A stretch of DNA of 64,000 bases from Bacteroidales bacterium (GCA_023229525.1 JALNZC010000009.1:1282-65281); one strand, 5' to 3'; numbered from the stretch's first letter, positions 40,605 to 51,030 are shown. Program-made: numbers and translations. Notes: generated from the letters alone by a model not told the origin.

Positions 40605-41603
40605 ATGAAAGTATTTGTAAAAATTCTATACTGGCTATTGGGAATCATAGCAGTATTAATTATCGTGGCATACCTGTTGCCAAAAAATTATAAAGTTGAA
40701 CGAAGCATTTATATAAATGCTGATAAAAATCTGATTTACAATCTAACATCAAATTTTCAAAAATGGACTGTATGGGTTCCATGGACCAAAGAGATGGATT
40801 CTACTGCAGTATTTGAGATTACCGGCAAAGATGGTCAAGTGGGTACTACATGGAAATGGAATGGGAAAAAGATGGGGGAAGGAACGATGACTGCAACTGA
40901 ATTTATTTCAGGCCAAATGGTTGCCTATGATTTGTCCTTTGCACAGGGGAAATATAAATCCAAAGGAAAAATTTTAATTGAACAGGGCGATTCCTGTAAA
41001 GTCAGTTGGTTGGACGAGGGTGACTTGGGTTATAATCCACTGAATCGTTACATGGGTTTATTTATGGGAAAGATGATGGGACCAGATTTTGAGAAAGGAT
41101 TGGCTAAATTGAAAAAAGTTGCAGAAGAAAGGAAATCTTGGCCAAAAATTGAAGAAATAGTTATTCCCGCACAGGTAGTTCTGGTAATTCGGGATTCTGC
41201 TGGCCCAAAAACATATGGAAAGGTATTGGGAACTGCTTTTGGGGAAATTATAAACTTTATTCGCACACAAAAACTAAAACAAACTGGAGCGCCATTTGCC
41301 ATTTATTTTCGTTGGGATTCGGTTACGATGTTCTCGGTAATGGATATTGGCATCCCGGTTGAAAAGGCAGATAAAGGCAAAGGAAGAATTCAAGTGAAAA
41401 ACATCATGGAACAAAACGGGGTCAAAGCTGTATATTTTGGACCTTATTCAAAAACAGCTGAAACATATTTTGCCTTAATGCAATATTGTAAAGAAAGCAA
41501 CAAGATCGAAGCGGGTGGTCCATGGGAAATTTATATTACTGATCCGATGACTGAGAAAGACACTATGAAGTGGGAAACGGATATTATTTTTCCTGTGAAA
41601 TAA
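40605..41603 (+). CDS. SRPBCC/START + GyrI-like small-molecule-binding protein
   Basis: VERSIYINA..W.PW..MGPDFEKGLAKLK; C-terminal GPY..WEIYITDP..W.TDI.FPV. Confidence 0.88.
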   Translation: MKVFVKILYWLLGIIAVLIIVAYLLPKNYKVERSIYINADKNLIYNLTSNFQKWTVWVPWTKEMDSTAVFEITGKDGQVGTTWKWNGKKMGEGTMTATEFISGQMVAYDLSFAQGKYKSKGKILIEQGDSCKVSWLDEGDLGYNPLNRYMGLFMGKMMGPDFEKGLAKLKKVAEERKSWPKIEEIVIPAQVVLVIRDSAGPKTYGKVLGTAFGEIINFIRTQKLKQTGAPFAIYFRWDSVTMFSVMDIGIPVEKADKGKGRIQVKNIMEQNGVKAVYFGPYSKTAETYFALMQYCKESNKIEAGGPWEIYITDPMTEKDTMKWETDIIFPVK

Positions 41604-41627
41604 TCAATAACTTCCAAAAGATAAATA

Positions 41628-43275
41628 GGGTCTGCTGATTTTATCTAGAAGCCTTATTATTCAATGATTTTAGCTATCTTTACATGGTAAATACTGCAAA
41701 GAAATATGGCAAAAGCACAAAAAACCCGTGCATCTAAACATCCGTACATCAGTTCAAATCAACTAACCCTGGTCGGATTTGAGAGTCCATTTTCACAATT
41801 CTTGGATCCAAACAACCGGTGGGTTGTTCTGGCGCAGAAGATTCCCTGGGATGTTTTGGTAAGCACCTATGAACATAGCATGCAAAACAGCAGCATGGGA
41901 GCAGAGGGGATCAACCCAAGGGTTGCGATCGGAGCGATGATCCTGAAGCACATTTGTAATACCAGTGATAGGGAAACCGTGATGCTGATTCAGGAGAACA
42001 TGTACATGCAGTACTTCATTGGGTACAGCAGTTTCACTACAGAACAGCCGTTTGATCCCTCTTTATTTGTAGAATTCCGTAAGCGATTGGGCATCGAACA
42101 GATCAATTCCATCAATGAGAAAATACTTGGATTATCTCCCAGCAACCCAAAACCGCCATCTGACATTTCCAGCGACACAAACGATCCGGATAACACTATA
42201 TCTGAAGCTGGCCCTCCAATGCCTGAACAAGTAACCACAGAGATTGTCCCGACACATAAAGGCAGGCTGATCACTGACGCCACCGCATGCCCGCAAGATA
42301 TTGCTTATCCCACTGACCTGAACCTTCTGAATGACGCCCGTGAGAAATCGGAAGAGTTGATTGATAAATTGTATGATGCAGAACTCCACTGTACCAAACC
42401 AAGAACATACCGTGAGGTTGCCCGGAAAAATTATCTGAAAACGGCCCAGTTGAAAATCAAGTCAAAGAAGCAAATTCACAAAGCGGTCAGGCAGCAACTG
42501 GGGTATTTGAAAAGGAACATAAGAAACATCAACCGGTTGTTGGATCAATACAACAAGTTCCCTTTAAAGTGGAAGGACCACAGATATCTTCTGGTGATCA
42601 CAACGTTCTATGAGCAACAGCGCCAAATGTTCAGAGAGGGCAGCCATAAGATTGAACACCGGATTGTGAGCATTCATCAGCCCCATGTCCGGCCAATTGT
42701 ACGAGGGAAAACAAATGCTTATGTTGAATTTGGTGCAAAGATCAATGTGTCCATCATGAATGGGTTTGCGTTTCTGGATGATCTTTCCTGGGAGGCGTTC
42801 AACGAAGGGACCCGGTTGATGTCAACCGTAGAAAAATACAAACAGCGGTTCGGTTATTATCCTGAGGAAGTTTTGGCTGATAAGATATATTGTAACCGGT
42901 CCAACAGGGCAGCGTTGAAGTTGCTTGGAATAAAGCTTAGGGCCAAGCCCCTTGGAAGGCCAAAGGCAGTGGATGTGGAACACGTAAGACCGGGCGAAAG
43001 AAATCCAATCGAGGGCAAGTTTGGACAAGCCAAGACCGCCTACGGATTAAACCGGATCAAGGCAAGACTGGCACCAACAAGCGAATCATGGATTGCCACA
43101 ATTATCCTGGTTCTCAACCTGGTTAAATTAACCGGGTTGGGAGTCTATTGCCAAATTTTATCGGTGATAACTTTTTCAGCAGAATGGTTGGTGGAATTCT
43201 CCCCACTAAAACTATCCCAGGTATTTTTCGTGGAAAATTTCGATTTGAAAACCAGTTGACTTTATCAGCAGACCC
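41628..43275 (+). mobile_element. IS5-family insertion sequence (1,648 bp)
   Basis: Terminal inverted repeats GGGTCTGCTGAT...ATCAGCAGACCC, flanked by TA on both sides (41626-27 and 43276-77). Confidence 0.92.
41706..43259 (+). CDS. IS5-family DDE transposase
   Basis: NRWV.LA..IPW, IQENMYMQYF, FDPSLFVEFRKR, DAT, EFGAK, ADKIY, RNPIEGKFGQAK. Confidence 0.95.
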   Translation: MAKAQKTRASKHPYISSNQLTLVGFESPFSQFLDPNNRWVVLAQKIPWDVLVSTYEHSMQNSSMGAEGINPRVAIGAMILKHICNTSDRETVMLIQENMYMQYFIGYSSFTTEQPFDPSLFVEFRKRLGIEQINSINEKILGLSPSNPKPPSDISSDTNDPDNTISEAGPPMPEQVTTEIVPTHKGRLITDATACPQDIAYPTDLNLLNDAREKSEELIDKLYDAELHCTKPRTYREVARKNYLKTAQLKIKSKKQIHKAVRQQLGYLKRNIRNINRLLDQYNKFPLKWKDHRYLLVITTFYEQQRQMFREGSHKIEHRIVSIHQPHVRPIVRGKTNAYVEFGAKINVSIMNGFAFLDDLSWEAFNEGTRLMSTVEKYKQRFGYYPEEVLADKIYCNRSNRAALKLLGIKLRAKPLGRPKAVDVEHVRPGERNPIEGKFGQAKTAYGLNRIKARLAPTSESWIATIILVLNLVKLTGLGVYCQILSVITFSAEWLVEFSPLKLSQVFFVENFDLKTS

Positions 43276-45539
43276 TAAATATCTTTTATCTGCAAACCGG
43301 TGATTCCGGCCAATCGGTGAATACAATCCCGATCGTATTTGTGTGAGTTCTCGGTATGGATGGTCTCACCTTTCTTTAAAAAGATGCTGTTGTTCAGGTA
43401 TGGACTGGTGACTTCAATATCTGCAAGGGCCCTGAGGTGCATTTCAATCCTTGCATGTGCAACATTATAAAACGAATAGTGGTCGAATTGGTCAGGATTT
43501 AAATTGGTTTTAGCGTGATGATTTACAACACGCAATATGTTTTTATTAAAAGCAGCCGTTGTCCCTTGTTCATCATTATAGGCTTTTTCTAAAATCCGGA
43601 TATCCTTCACCATGTCAAATCCGATCAACAATTGGTCACCCGGATTCATCCGGGATCTTAAATTCAGCAGGAAAGATGTTTCCTCTTTTCCGGTAAGATT
43701 TCCCAATGTGCTGCCAAAAAAACAGATCAGCTTGTTTCCATTACCAGGAATGACGTTGAAATGCTTCATAAAATCGGAAAGGATGCCATGGATCCTGATC
43801 CCGGGATACTTCTTTGAAAGCATTCTGGCAGAATTTAAAATGGTTGTTTTGCATACATCAACAGGGAGGTAGACCAGCCGTTCAATATGATTACCGGGCA
43901 TGGCTTCCAGAAGGATGGAAATTTTCGAACAATCACCGCTGCCAAGTTCAACAATATTTTTAACTGACAGACCATTCACAATCCGCGGGGCTGCTGCCTT
44001 CAATATAGATTTTTCGGTTCGTGTGGGATAATATTCCGGTAACCTTGTGATCGCTTCAAAGAGCGCCGAACCATTATCGTCATAAAAAAAACGGCTCGAT
44101 ATATATTTTTGGGGAGATGAAAGACCTTTTAAAATTTCAGATACAACTTCTTTCTCGCCTTCATGAATCAGGAAATCAGTGATTTCAACAGGAGTGTCGG
44201 TTCTGGTCAGCGATTCGGGATCATTCATTTTATATCCTGGTATTTGGTAATGTTCAGGAATCCCGGTTTCAACAGGGTTATCCGGGTCGCTGCTCCATTC
44301 GAACCAGCCTCCGTCGTAAACCGATACCCGTGGCCACCCCATCAGCCATGCATTGAACCAGGCTTCGCTTCCACGCCATCCGGTACCGCAATAAAAAGCC
44401 AGATGTTTATCGGGTGTAATCCCGCTTTTTATCCAGTTTTCCGCTATTTCATGGTATTCACGGCTGGTCTGATCAACATTCCTGTAATTCTCCATGTGAT
44501 ATGCATCTGAACCGCAGTCGGCAAAGATTGCTCCGGGGATCCTGCCTTTTTTCTCAATATAGTTATACCCGCTTACTTCGCCTGTGAATTCCGGCCAGCT
44601 CCGTACGCATACCAGTTTCGATCCCGGTGAGGCAATGATTTTTTTAGCTTCAGGCGTATCTACTGCTAATTCGGGATGAACCGGGATGATTGCCCCGAAT
44701 TCAGGAACCGGAATTTTTGGCTCATCATGGTAAGAAATTTCAAAACCGGCATCCTACCACGACTGAAACCCACCATTGAGCACCCTGACATCTTTCACCC
44801 CCGCATACATCATAACAAAGGCGCAGCGGACTGCTCCTATATCGCCTGCAGCGCTGCCGGGAAACGGGTCCTTGATATCCGGCGACATATACTTGCCATA
44901 CATTACCACAGTTGTGTCTGCGGTAATTCCATGTGCCTCCAATGCTTCTTTAAGTTCCTGGGGGCTCCTCCTGTTCCATGTTTCCGGCGCCTCAATGGCC
45001 ATGGTATCCATGTCGATCGCCCCGGGGATATGGCCGCTCAGGTAGGCCTCCCGGTTGCGGTAATGGGCATGGACAACCACATATTTACCATTGATGTAAT
45101 GGGGCGGCCGTCCTCCTGAAATAAGCAGGTTTACCCATTGTGCCGGAACCAGTTTCTCAAAGCGTTCCAGCTTTCCCACAGGAAGTTCAGGATACTCCGA
45201 CCATTCCTTTGCAAACCGGTTGTAAACAGAAACATGGTCATATCCCGATCTTAAAAAACGTTCGGCCGCTTTGACTGAATCTGTCTCGTTGTAACCATAG
45301 ACAATGATCTGATGTTCCGGGAAAATATGTTTATGCCGGACGATCTCTATCCAGTCGATATATTTCGTCCATTTAACAGGCAAACTCCTGGAATGCTTGA
45401 TGTGCCCTCCACGGGGCTCATTCTGCAACTGCCAGCCATTATAAGCATCCACAGGCCTCACGTCAATGATCCGGATTTCCTGCTTTCCGATCAGTTGCAT
45501 GAGTTCACCTGTTGTCACTTCATTTAAAACATGGACCAT
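43275..45539 (-). pseudogene. EanB-type multi-rhodanese sulfurtransferase fused in frame to an EanA/EgtD histidine methyltransferase; in-frame TAG at 44754-44756 and C-terminus cut by the IS
   Basis: The frame continues through the TAG: LNGGFQSW*DAGFEIS..GEVSGYNYIEKKGRIPGA..CGSDAYHMENY..FYCGTGWRGS (EanB motifs). It then reads K.ISSRFFYDD.GS.LF..IT.LPEYYPTRTE, ELGSG, FFGSTLGN, IHTENSHKY (EgtD motifs). Confidence 0.85.
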
Positions 45540-45763
45540 TCCGGAAATCTGATTTGAACGGATTAAAGGTAAAAATTCCAATGGGTATGACACGCAACTT
45601 TATGAGAAACTTAAAGGTGTCACAAATCACGATTTTTTGATCCTTAAAGAAATATGAACAAAAAAAGGCTGCACCCCGTAATCACCACCAGGAAAGTCAT
45701 TCCAAACGGTAAAGCAGTATGTATCAATGCTGTAAGATGGATACCCCTGCAGGCCAGGGCCAA

Positions 45764-46501
45764 TCAATTCTTCCCATTCCTATTGGGACAAACCTTACGA
45801 CATGCGTTGCATGTGTATATATCCCATCCCCGCGGATGCTGTATGAATGAAAACTCCCTGCAAAGCTTTTGTTTTACGGTTACCCCATCCAAGGCCTTAA
45901 CAGGACAAGCGTCGAGACAGAGTTTGCAACTGGGTGGACAAATAAAATCAGTCACCAAGGGATCCGGTTCAATTTCCTTATCAATCAGGACAGCGCCGAT
46001 ATAAACCATATTACCGTAATGACGATTGATGAGAAGGGTATTTTTACCCAGAATTCCCAGTCCGGCGTAAAAAGCTGCGTGCCGGAGGGAGATGATGCCC
46101 ATGGCATGTTTATTCACCGGATCCCATTGCAGGTATGGGATATCGGTAACAACCGGAACCACATGTATGTTCAAATCTTCGAGTTCGGAACATAGATTTA
46201 ATCCGATCTGGTCCAACGTGGAGTAAAGCAGATCTGCGGTATGTGAATAAGGAATTGGATTTTCTGCCATGATCACTTCCGACGGCATTTTCTTGATGAA
46301 GACGACAACCGATTTACATTTGGAATAAACATCTGTTGGATGGAAACCTGCCGGAGCAGAAGTGAACCTGTCAATACTGGCTATTCCGCAGTTGTCGGCT
46401 CCGAGACCGAATACAATTGATTTTATTTCGTCAGATGAGATCATTGGGTGGGTGTATATGCTCCTTTTTCCGGATTTTGGATATTCAAAGATAGGAAACA
46501 T
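45764..46501 (-). CDS. QueG-like (epoxyqueuosine reductase-like) 4Fe-4S protein
   Basis: SLRHAAFYAGLG.LGKN.LL, CPPSCKLCLDACP, CNACRKVCP. Confidence 0.8.
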   Translation of the reverse strand: MFPIFEYPKSGKRSIYTHPMISSDEIKSIVFGLGADNCGIASIDRFTSAPAGFHPTDVYSKCKSVVVFIKKMPSEVIMAENPIPYSHTADLLYSTLDQIGLNLCSELEDLNIHVVPVVTDIPYLQWDPVNKHAMGIISLRHAAFYAGLGILGKNTLLINRHYGNMVYIGAVLIDKEIEPDPLVTDFICPPSCKLCLDACPVKALDGVTVKQKLCREFSFIQHPRGWDIYTCNACRKVCPNRNGKN

Positions 46502-46502
46502 G

Positions 46503-46961
46503 TCATTTCTTCAGTTTCTCTTTCGAAATTTCTTTCACCAAATCTTTTTCTATCGCGTCGGTGGTCAATAATCCCTGCTTCTTTTCAGGATAAAACGAGG
46601 ATGGGAGTATCTGGATGTTCAGTGTAAGTAACAAATGATCCATGATAATCAAGAGAAGGGTACTGACAAATGGAAGGGGAATAAGCATAACCGGAACAAA
46701 AACACCAGTACCCTTTAAAAGGTCAATGACTAATCGTTTGAACTGTTTTTTCTCTTCTTTTGTTATCTTCTCTTTTCTGATATACCGGGTGAGAATGACA
46801 AAAACTTCTTTGGTTTCAATGGCTTCTCCTTTAATCCCGGTCGAATATCTTGAAGCCTCTCCCATAAATCCTTTGGCATATCTGGCAATTTCATTTTTGA
46901 CCTTAGGAATGGTGAAAATTCGAAGGAAATAATTGATTATTCGTTTTCGGATGGATCTCAT
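46503..46961 (-). CDS. Hypothetical membrane protein (LETM1-like tail)
   Basis: EEKKQFK..IDLLK, a hydrophobic segment, then ILPSSF; co-oriented with its neighbours. Confidence 0.6.
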   Translation of the reverse strand: MRSIRKRIINYFLRIFTIPKVKNEIARYAKGFMGEASRYSTGIKGEAIETKEVFVILTRYIRKEKITKEEKKQFKRLVIDLLKGTGVFVPVMLIPLPFVSTLLLIIMDHLLLTLNIQILPSSFYPEKKQGLLTTDAIEKDLVKEISKEKLKK

Positions 46962-47153
46962 AGAAAAGTGGGAGGATTTATTGGACTTGCACCCCTTATG
47001 ATCGAATCTTTAAATTTTGGAATGAATAATATTTTGTTTCTAAAGGTATGAAAATTAACAAATATATCCAAGTAGCCGCAGTTCATGCGTATTTTTAACC
47101 TTATACGACTTACCATCACAGATCAGATATACCGTGTCGGCAAATAAACGTAT

Positions 47154-47714
47154 CTAATAAACATATGGGATAAGTTTCTTTGTTCTTTTCTGATAATCAA
47201 TGTATTCTTCTTTAAAATGATTCATTAAGGTTTTTTCCTCAATGTTGATTCTATATAAAAAGACACAAAGCACGGGTATAAAAATGACGAATAAACTTAT
47301 CCAGTTCCCTAAAGTTAACCCTAGGCCTAAAAAAGTCAATAAACTTCCTGAATAGGAAGGATGCCTGACTTTTTTGAAGATCCCATCCGTTTTTAACTTG
47401 TGGTCATGATGGATTGCAACATTGGCATTAAAAAGTGATTTAAGAGAAAAAACAGTAATGAGCCGGATAGATATTGCAATGATCATTAAGGAGATCCCCG
47501 AAAAGAATTTGACCTCACTGAACCTCGGGAAAGAAAATGCAATATAAAGTCCAAAGGCGATGGATAAAAGAATGACAATCCAAATTAAACTTAATGAATT
47601 CTTATCATGGGATTTCGCTTCGGATCTCTTTGATCGGGTGAGCAGATTGATCAATATTTCAGAGAGCAACCAAAGAGAACTTACTGTGATCATTACAATG
47701 GAATAGTTGTTCAT
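47154..47714 (-). CDS. Isoprenylcysteine carboxyl methyltransferase family membrane protein
   Basis: L.TDG.F..VRHPSYSG, RINIEEK.L...F..EY..Y...TKKLIP. Confidence 0.9.
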   Translation of the reverse strand: MNNYSIVMITVSSLWLLSEILINLLTRSKRSEAKSHDKNSLSLIWIVILLSIAFGLYIAFSFPRFSEVKFFSGISLMIIAISIRLITVFSLKSLFNANVAIHHDHKLKTDGIFKKVRHPSYSGSLLTFLGLGLTLGNWISLFVIFIPVLCVFLYRINIEEKTLMNHFKEEYIDYQKRTKKLIPYVY

Positions 47715-47797
47715 TTTATCTTGTTTTGATAATTGAAAAGCTCGTAAACCTACTCAAATATAATTCATTTTGCTCAAATCGCAAAAACCGGAGCATC

Positions 47798-47838
47798 TCG
47801 TCCTTCGTCTTTCGTCCCTCGTCCCTCGTCCTTCGTCT
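47798..47838. repeat. Heptamer tandem repeat (TCGTCCY)x~6
   Basis: Same unit as 6036-6094, again abutting a minus-strand stop codon. Confidence 0.92.
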
Positions 47839-49456
47839 ATTTTATCTCCTCCATATTCCCAATAATCTTCGACAGCGCTTCACTGAGCTTCGCTTCGGGT
47901 GTGATGGTATTAAAATCGCCCCAGAACGCATCATTATTGGGGTAAGGCTGATCTGAAAATACAACACCGGGCTTCAGTATTTCCTGTTTCGGAAATTTTT
48001 GAACGCCGGCAGTATCGATATTACAGGTAGCGAGTTCCAGGAACGTATAAAAATTATCGGATGAGAGGTGATTCCTTAAACGTGTTCTTAACTGTATATC
48101 ACACCGCACATGCTGGAGGTAATACCTGCCATTGAATGGCATATAGCTGAGGGAATAAGTTATCTTTTCGAGTTTCACTTTCAGTCTGCTGCTTTTCTTC
48201 AACACCAGGTCTTCGGCTGCAATGTCGAGGTAAGCAGGATTTATTTCGAAATCAGCGCCAAGTAATGCAAAACCCTCTTTCTCAATGAACACGGTTCCGG
48301 TATACAATGCTTCGTTCAGACCGGACTTTTGCACAAAAGTGATCGCGTAGGCATCCTTGGCATTATACGAAACCAGGTCAGAATACTTATACGTGTATTC
48401 GACAGGCGGGATTTGATCAAGGAACCCCGGGATAAATTTAACAATATCAAGCTGCAGGGCCGATTGAACACCGGCTTTAAGTTTCAGCAACACAGTGTCA
48501 CGGGGATTGGCATCCTGGACTTTTCTCGACTTCAGCAATTTCACCTGATCGGGATGCTCACCGGCAGTATAGGGTGATTTATAAATCTTAAAAACCGCCT
48601 CTGAATAGCTGATATATTTATTATTTTTCCGCACACCTTCACGATAAAAAGTAGTAAGATAAGCAGGATGAAGAGCGTAGTTTACCTTTCGCAGTTCCAT
48701 GGCTTTCTCAATTATTAAATCCGGATCGATATACCGGATGATCACTTCCTGGATGGAAATAACCCTGCGGTCAAGGTAGAAATCAACCTGTTGCTCGTTA
48801 AGCAGGCGAACCGGGATAGTTTGACTCATATATCCCAGATGCGATACAACCAGGGAGGTTCCGATCAGTGAGGCCGGAATTTTGAGTGTAAAAAAACCAT
48901 CGCTATTGGTAATGGTCCCGATGTTTTCCTCAACGATCCCGATAGTGGCAAAGGGTATCGCTGTTTTATTTTCCTTGTCATAAATGTGTCCTCTGATGAT
49001 CCCGTTTTTGATCGTATCCTTTGCCGGAATATCCGGCTGTATCTTACTTACAGGATATGCGTCTTGTTTCGATTTAAAGATCAGGATATGCTTCCCAAGT
49101 ACTTTGTATTCCAATGAGGGATCTGAAAGTAAGTTATCAAGTATTAAATGCAACGGCTGATTCTCAGCATGCAGCTTCACCCTTTTGTCGCTTTCAATGG
49201 TTTCGCTTTCATAAATAAAAAGGCAGTCCGCTTTTTGCGATATCAGGTTCAATGCTTCGTAAAGCGTAGTATTTTGTTTAGGGATGCTGATGGTTCTTTC
49301 AAGCAGCGGCACCTGTCCGAAAGCTGTATTTACCTGAAACAGTGAAAGGAATACATATAAAACACAAACAGAATTAAGGTAAAGCCAGAGGCTATGTTTG
49401 CACGACTTAATTCTGCTTTGCGCCTTTCTTGATCTCAGATAATACAACAGACCCAT
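47837..49456 (-). CDS. STN + carboxypeptidase-regulatory-like domain protein (start uncertain)
   Basis: STN-like LERTISI..TLYEALNLISQKA..FIY..EYKVLGKHILI; IPFATI..GTITNSDGFF..SHLGY; no TBDT barrel. Confidence 0.8.
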   Translation of the reverse strand: MGLLYYLRSRKAQSRIKSCKHSLWLYLNSVCVLYVFLSLFQVNTAFGQVPLLERTISIPKQNTTLYEALNLISQKADCLFIYESETIESDKRVKLHAENQPLHLILDNLLSDPSLEYKVLGKHILIFKSKQDAYPVSKIQPDIPAKDTIKNGIIRGHIYDKENKTAIPFATIGIVEENIGTITNSDGFFTLKIPASLIGTSLVVSHLGYMSQTIPVRLLNEQQVDFYLDRRVISIQEVIIRYIDPDLIIEKAMELRKVNYALHPAYLTTFYREGVRKNNKYISYSEAVFKIYKSPYTAGEHPDQVKLLKSRKVQDANPRDTVLLKLKAGVQSALQLDIVKFIPGFLDQIPPVEYTYKYSDLVSYNAKDAYAITFVQKSGLNEALYTGTVFIEKEGFALLGADFEINPAYLDIAAEDLVLKKSSRLKVKLEKITYSLSYMPFNGRYYLQHVRCDIQLRTRLRNHLSSDNFYTFLELATCNIDTAGVQKFPKQEILKPGVVFSDQPYPNNDAFWGDFNTITPEAKLSEALSKIIGNMEEIK

Positions 49457-50282
49457 TAATCGTTTGGCTTTTGAGATTCAGGGCCACACAAATGAGTTCA
49501 GTCATTGTTCCGGCAGTTTCGCTTTGGAAAGTAACTGTCAGCTTATGTTTCCCGATCTCATTATCAGCCAACACAAAGTTAGTGTTGAAATTCCGATTCA
49601 GCACAGTAATAATATTCTGAAGTTTTTCATCCTTAAAATGCATACGCTGTTTATACCATGCAGTGGCTTCATTTGCCGTATACTTTGACTTGACCAGGCT
49701 GTTATTTACGGTTGATATTTTTTCACCTGCGATAACCATTTCGCTGTGTACAGGATTCTTCTTCAAAGTAACTTTTACTTTTCCCCGGTCAACAAAGAGT
49801 TCGAAGCCATCGACATTTTTTGTTTTCACATTAAATGCCGTTCCCAGTACCTGTATCAGCGCTTCGTCAGTTTCGATAATAAAAGGTTTATCGGAATTGG
49901 GCATAATATCGAAAAAAGCCTCCCCTTTCAGTTCAACATTGCGCGATGCGGATTTAAATTCCTCCGGAAAAGAGAACAACGAATTCTGTGCGAGATAAAT
50001 GACCGAGCCATCGGTAAGGGTTTTAATAAGGGTATTTGCTTCATTGACAGTATTAAGTCTAACCATAGTAACCGCCGGTTTCCGGCTTACATTCATATAA
50101 ACACCTGCAGCTATACCAAGCAGGATCAATACTACAGCAGCAATCTTTAAAAGATTGCCCACCGGCTTGTTTTTTGTAGCATCTCGCTGTTCGGGGATCA
50201 ACTGCTCCTCCCGAAGGCGGACATACAATTTATCCCAGGATTCGCGGGTATGAATTGGTCTTTTATTCTTAACTTCTTCCAT
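49407..50282 (-). CDS. FecR-family anti-sigma factor
   Basis: TM segment; LTDGS.IYL..NS, RNVELKGEAFFD, VLGTAFNV. Confidence 0.9.
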   Translation of the reverse strand: MEEVKNKRPIHTRESWDKLYVRLREEQLIPEQRDATKNKPVGNLLKIAAVVLILLGIAAGVYMNVSRKPAVTMVRLNTVNEANTLIKTLTDGSVIYLAQNSLFSFPEEFKSASRNVELKGEAFFDIMPNSDKPFIIETDEALIQVLGTAFNVKTKNVDGFELFVDRGKVKVTLKKNPVHSEMVIAGEKISTVNNSLVKSKYTANEATAWYKQRMHFKDEKLQNIITVLNRNFNTNFVLADNEIGKHKLTVTFQSETAGTMTELICVALNLKSQTINGSVVLSEIKKGAKQN

Positions 50283-50314
50283 GGCTGTCTTTCTCTTTTT
50301 TGTTATTTCACTTT

Positions 50315-50402
50315 TCGCTACCTCGCTATTTCGCTACCTCGCTACCTCACTACCTCGCTATTTCGCTACCTCGCTACCTCGCTACCTCACTATTTCGCTA
50401 CT
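50315..50402. repeat. Octamer tandem repeat (TCRCTAYY)x11
   Basis: tcgctacc/tcgctatt/tcactacc units between the ECF sigma and fecR genes. Confidence 0.95.
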
Positions 50403-50423
50403 TTAATCTTTTTTATAACCCAA

Positions 50424-50993
50424 TCAATTGCTTACCCCTGCTCCATCTCCAATGTAATCCCTTAAGGATTTCCTGAATATCTGCAGTGCTTTCCCCATTT
50501 CCGCTTCAACGGTTTTCACCGAAATGGATAAGATCTCGGCAATTTCGCGATATTTCTTTCCTTCGAACCTGTTCATCTGGAAAATAAGGGAGCAGCGTTC
50601 CGGCATTTGCTCCAGGGTTGCGTTTATTGCTTTGCCCAGGTCATTCAGATCAACATCCGTTTGCAAATGTGCCGGCATCATATCCTGGAATTCTCTGAAA
50701 ACATTTTCCGCATAGTTTTTCCGGATGGCAAGGTGTTCGAGATAATGAAATGCATTGTTACGGATGGAGCGATACAGGTATGCGTTCAAAGAAAACTTCA
50801 GCGTGAAGGTTTCCCTGTTTTTCCAAAAAAGATAGAAAAACTCCTGAACCAGATCTTCTGCGGTATCCATATCATTCAGAATTTTATCCGCATGATGGCA
50901 CAAAGGCTCATAGAACTTCATAAAAAGCCGTTCAAATTCCCTGATGTCACCAGCCTGAATTTTCTTCTGTATGGACAAATCATTTAAGTTCAT
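50424..50993 (-). CDS. ECF sigma-70 factor
   Basis: AEDLVQEFF..W, YLYRSIRN, KYREIAEILSISVKTVE. Confidence 0.95.
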   Translation of the reverse strand: MNLNDLSIQKKIQAGDIREFERLFMKFYEPLCHHADKILNDMDTAEDLVQEFFYLFWKNRETFTLKFSLNAYLYRSIRNNAFHYLEHLAIRKNYAENVFREFQDMMPAHLQTDVDLNDLGKAINATLEQMPERCSLIFQMNRFEGKKYREIAEILSISVKTVEAEMGKALQIFRKSLRDYIGDGAGVSN

Positions 50994-51030
50994 AGGGATT
51001 TGAAGCGTTTATGGGCCCTGGATCTCATCT

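Noticed and set aside
45600..45763. Possible SAM or other riboswitch upstream of eanB
   Set aside because: Only a loose GGCCTGCA/TGCAGCC pairing before a T run on the - strand; no SAM-I or SAM-II consensus recognised.
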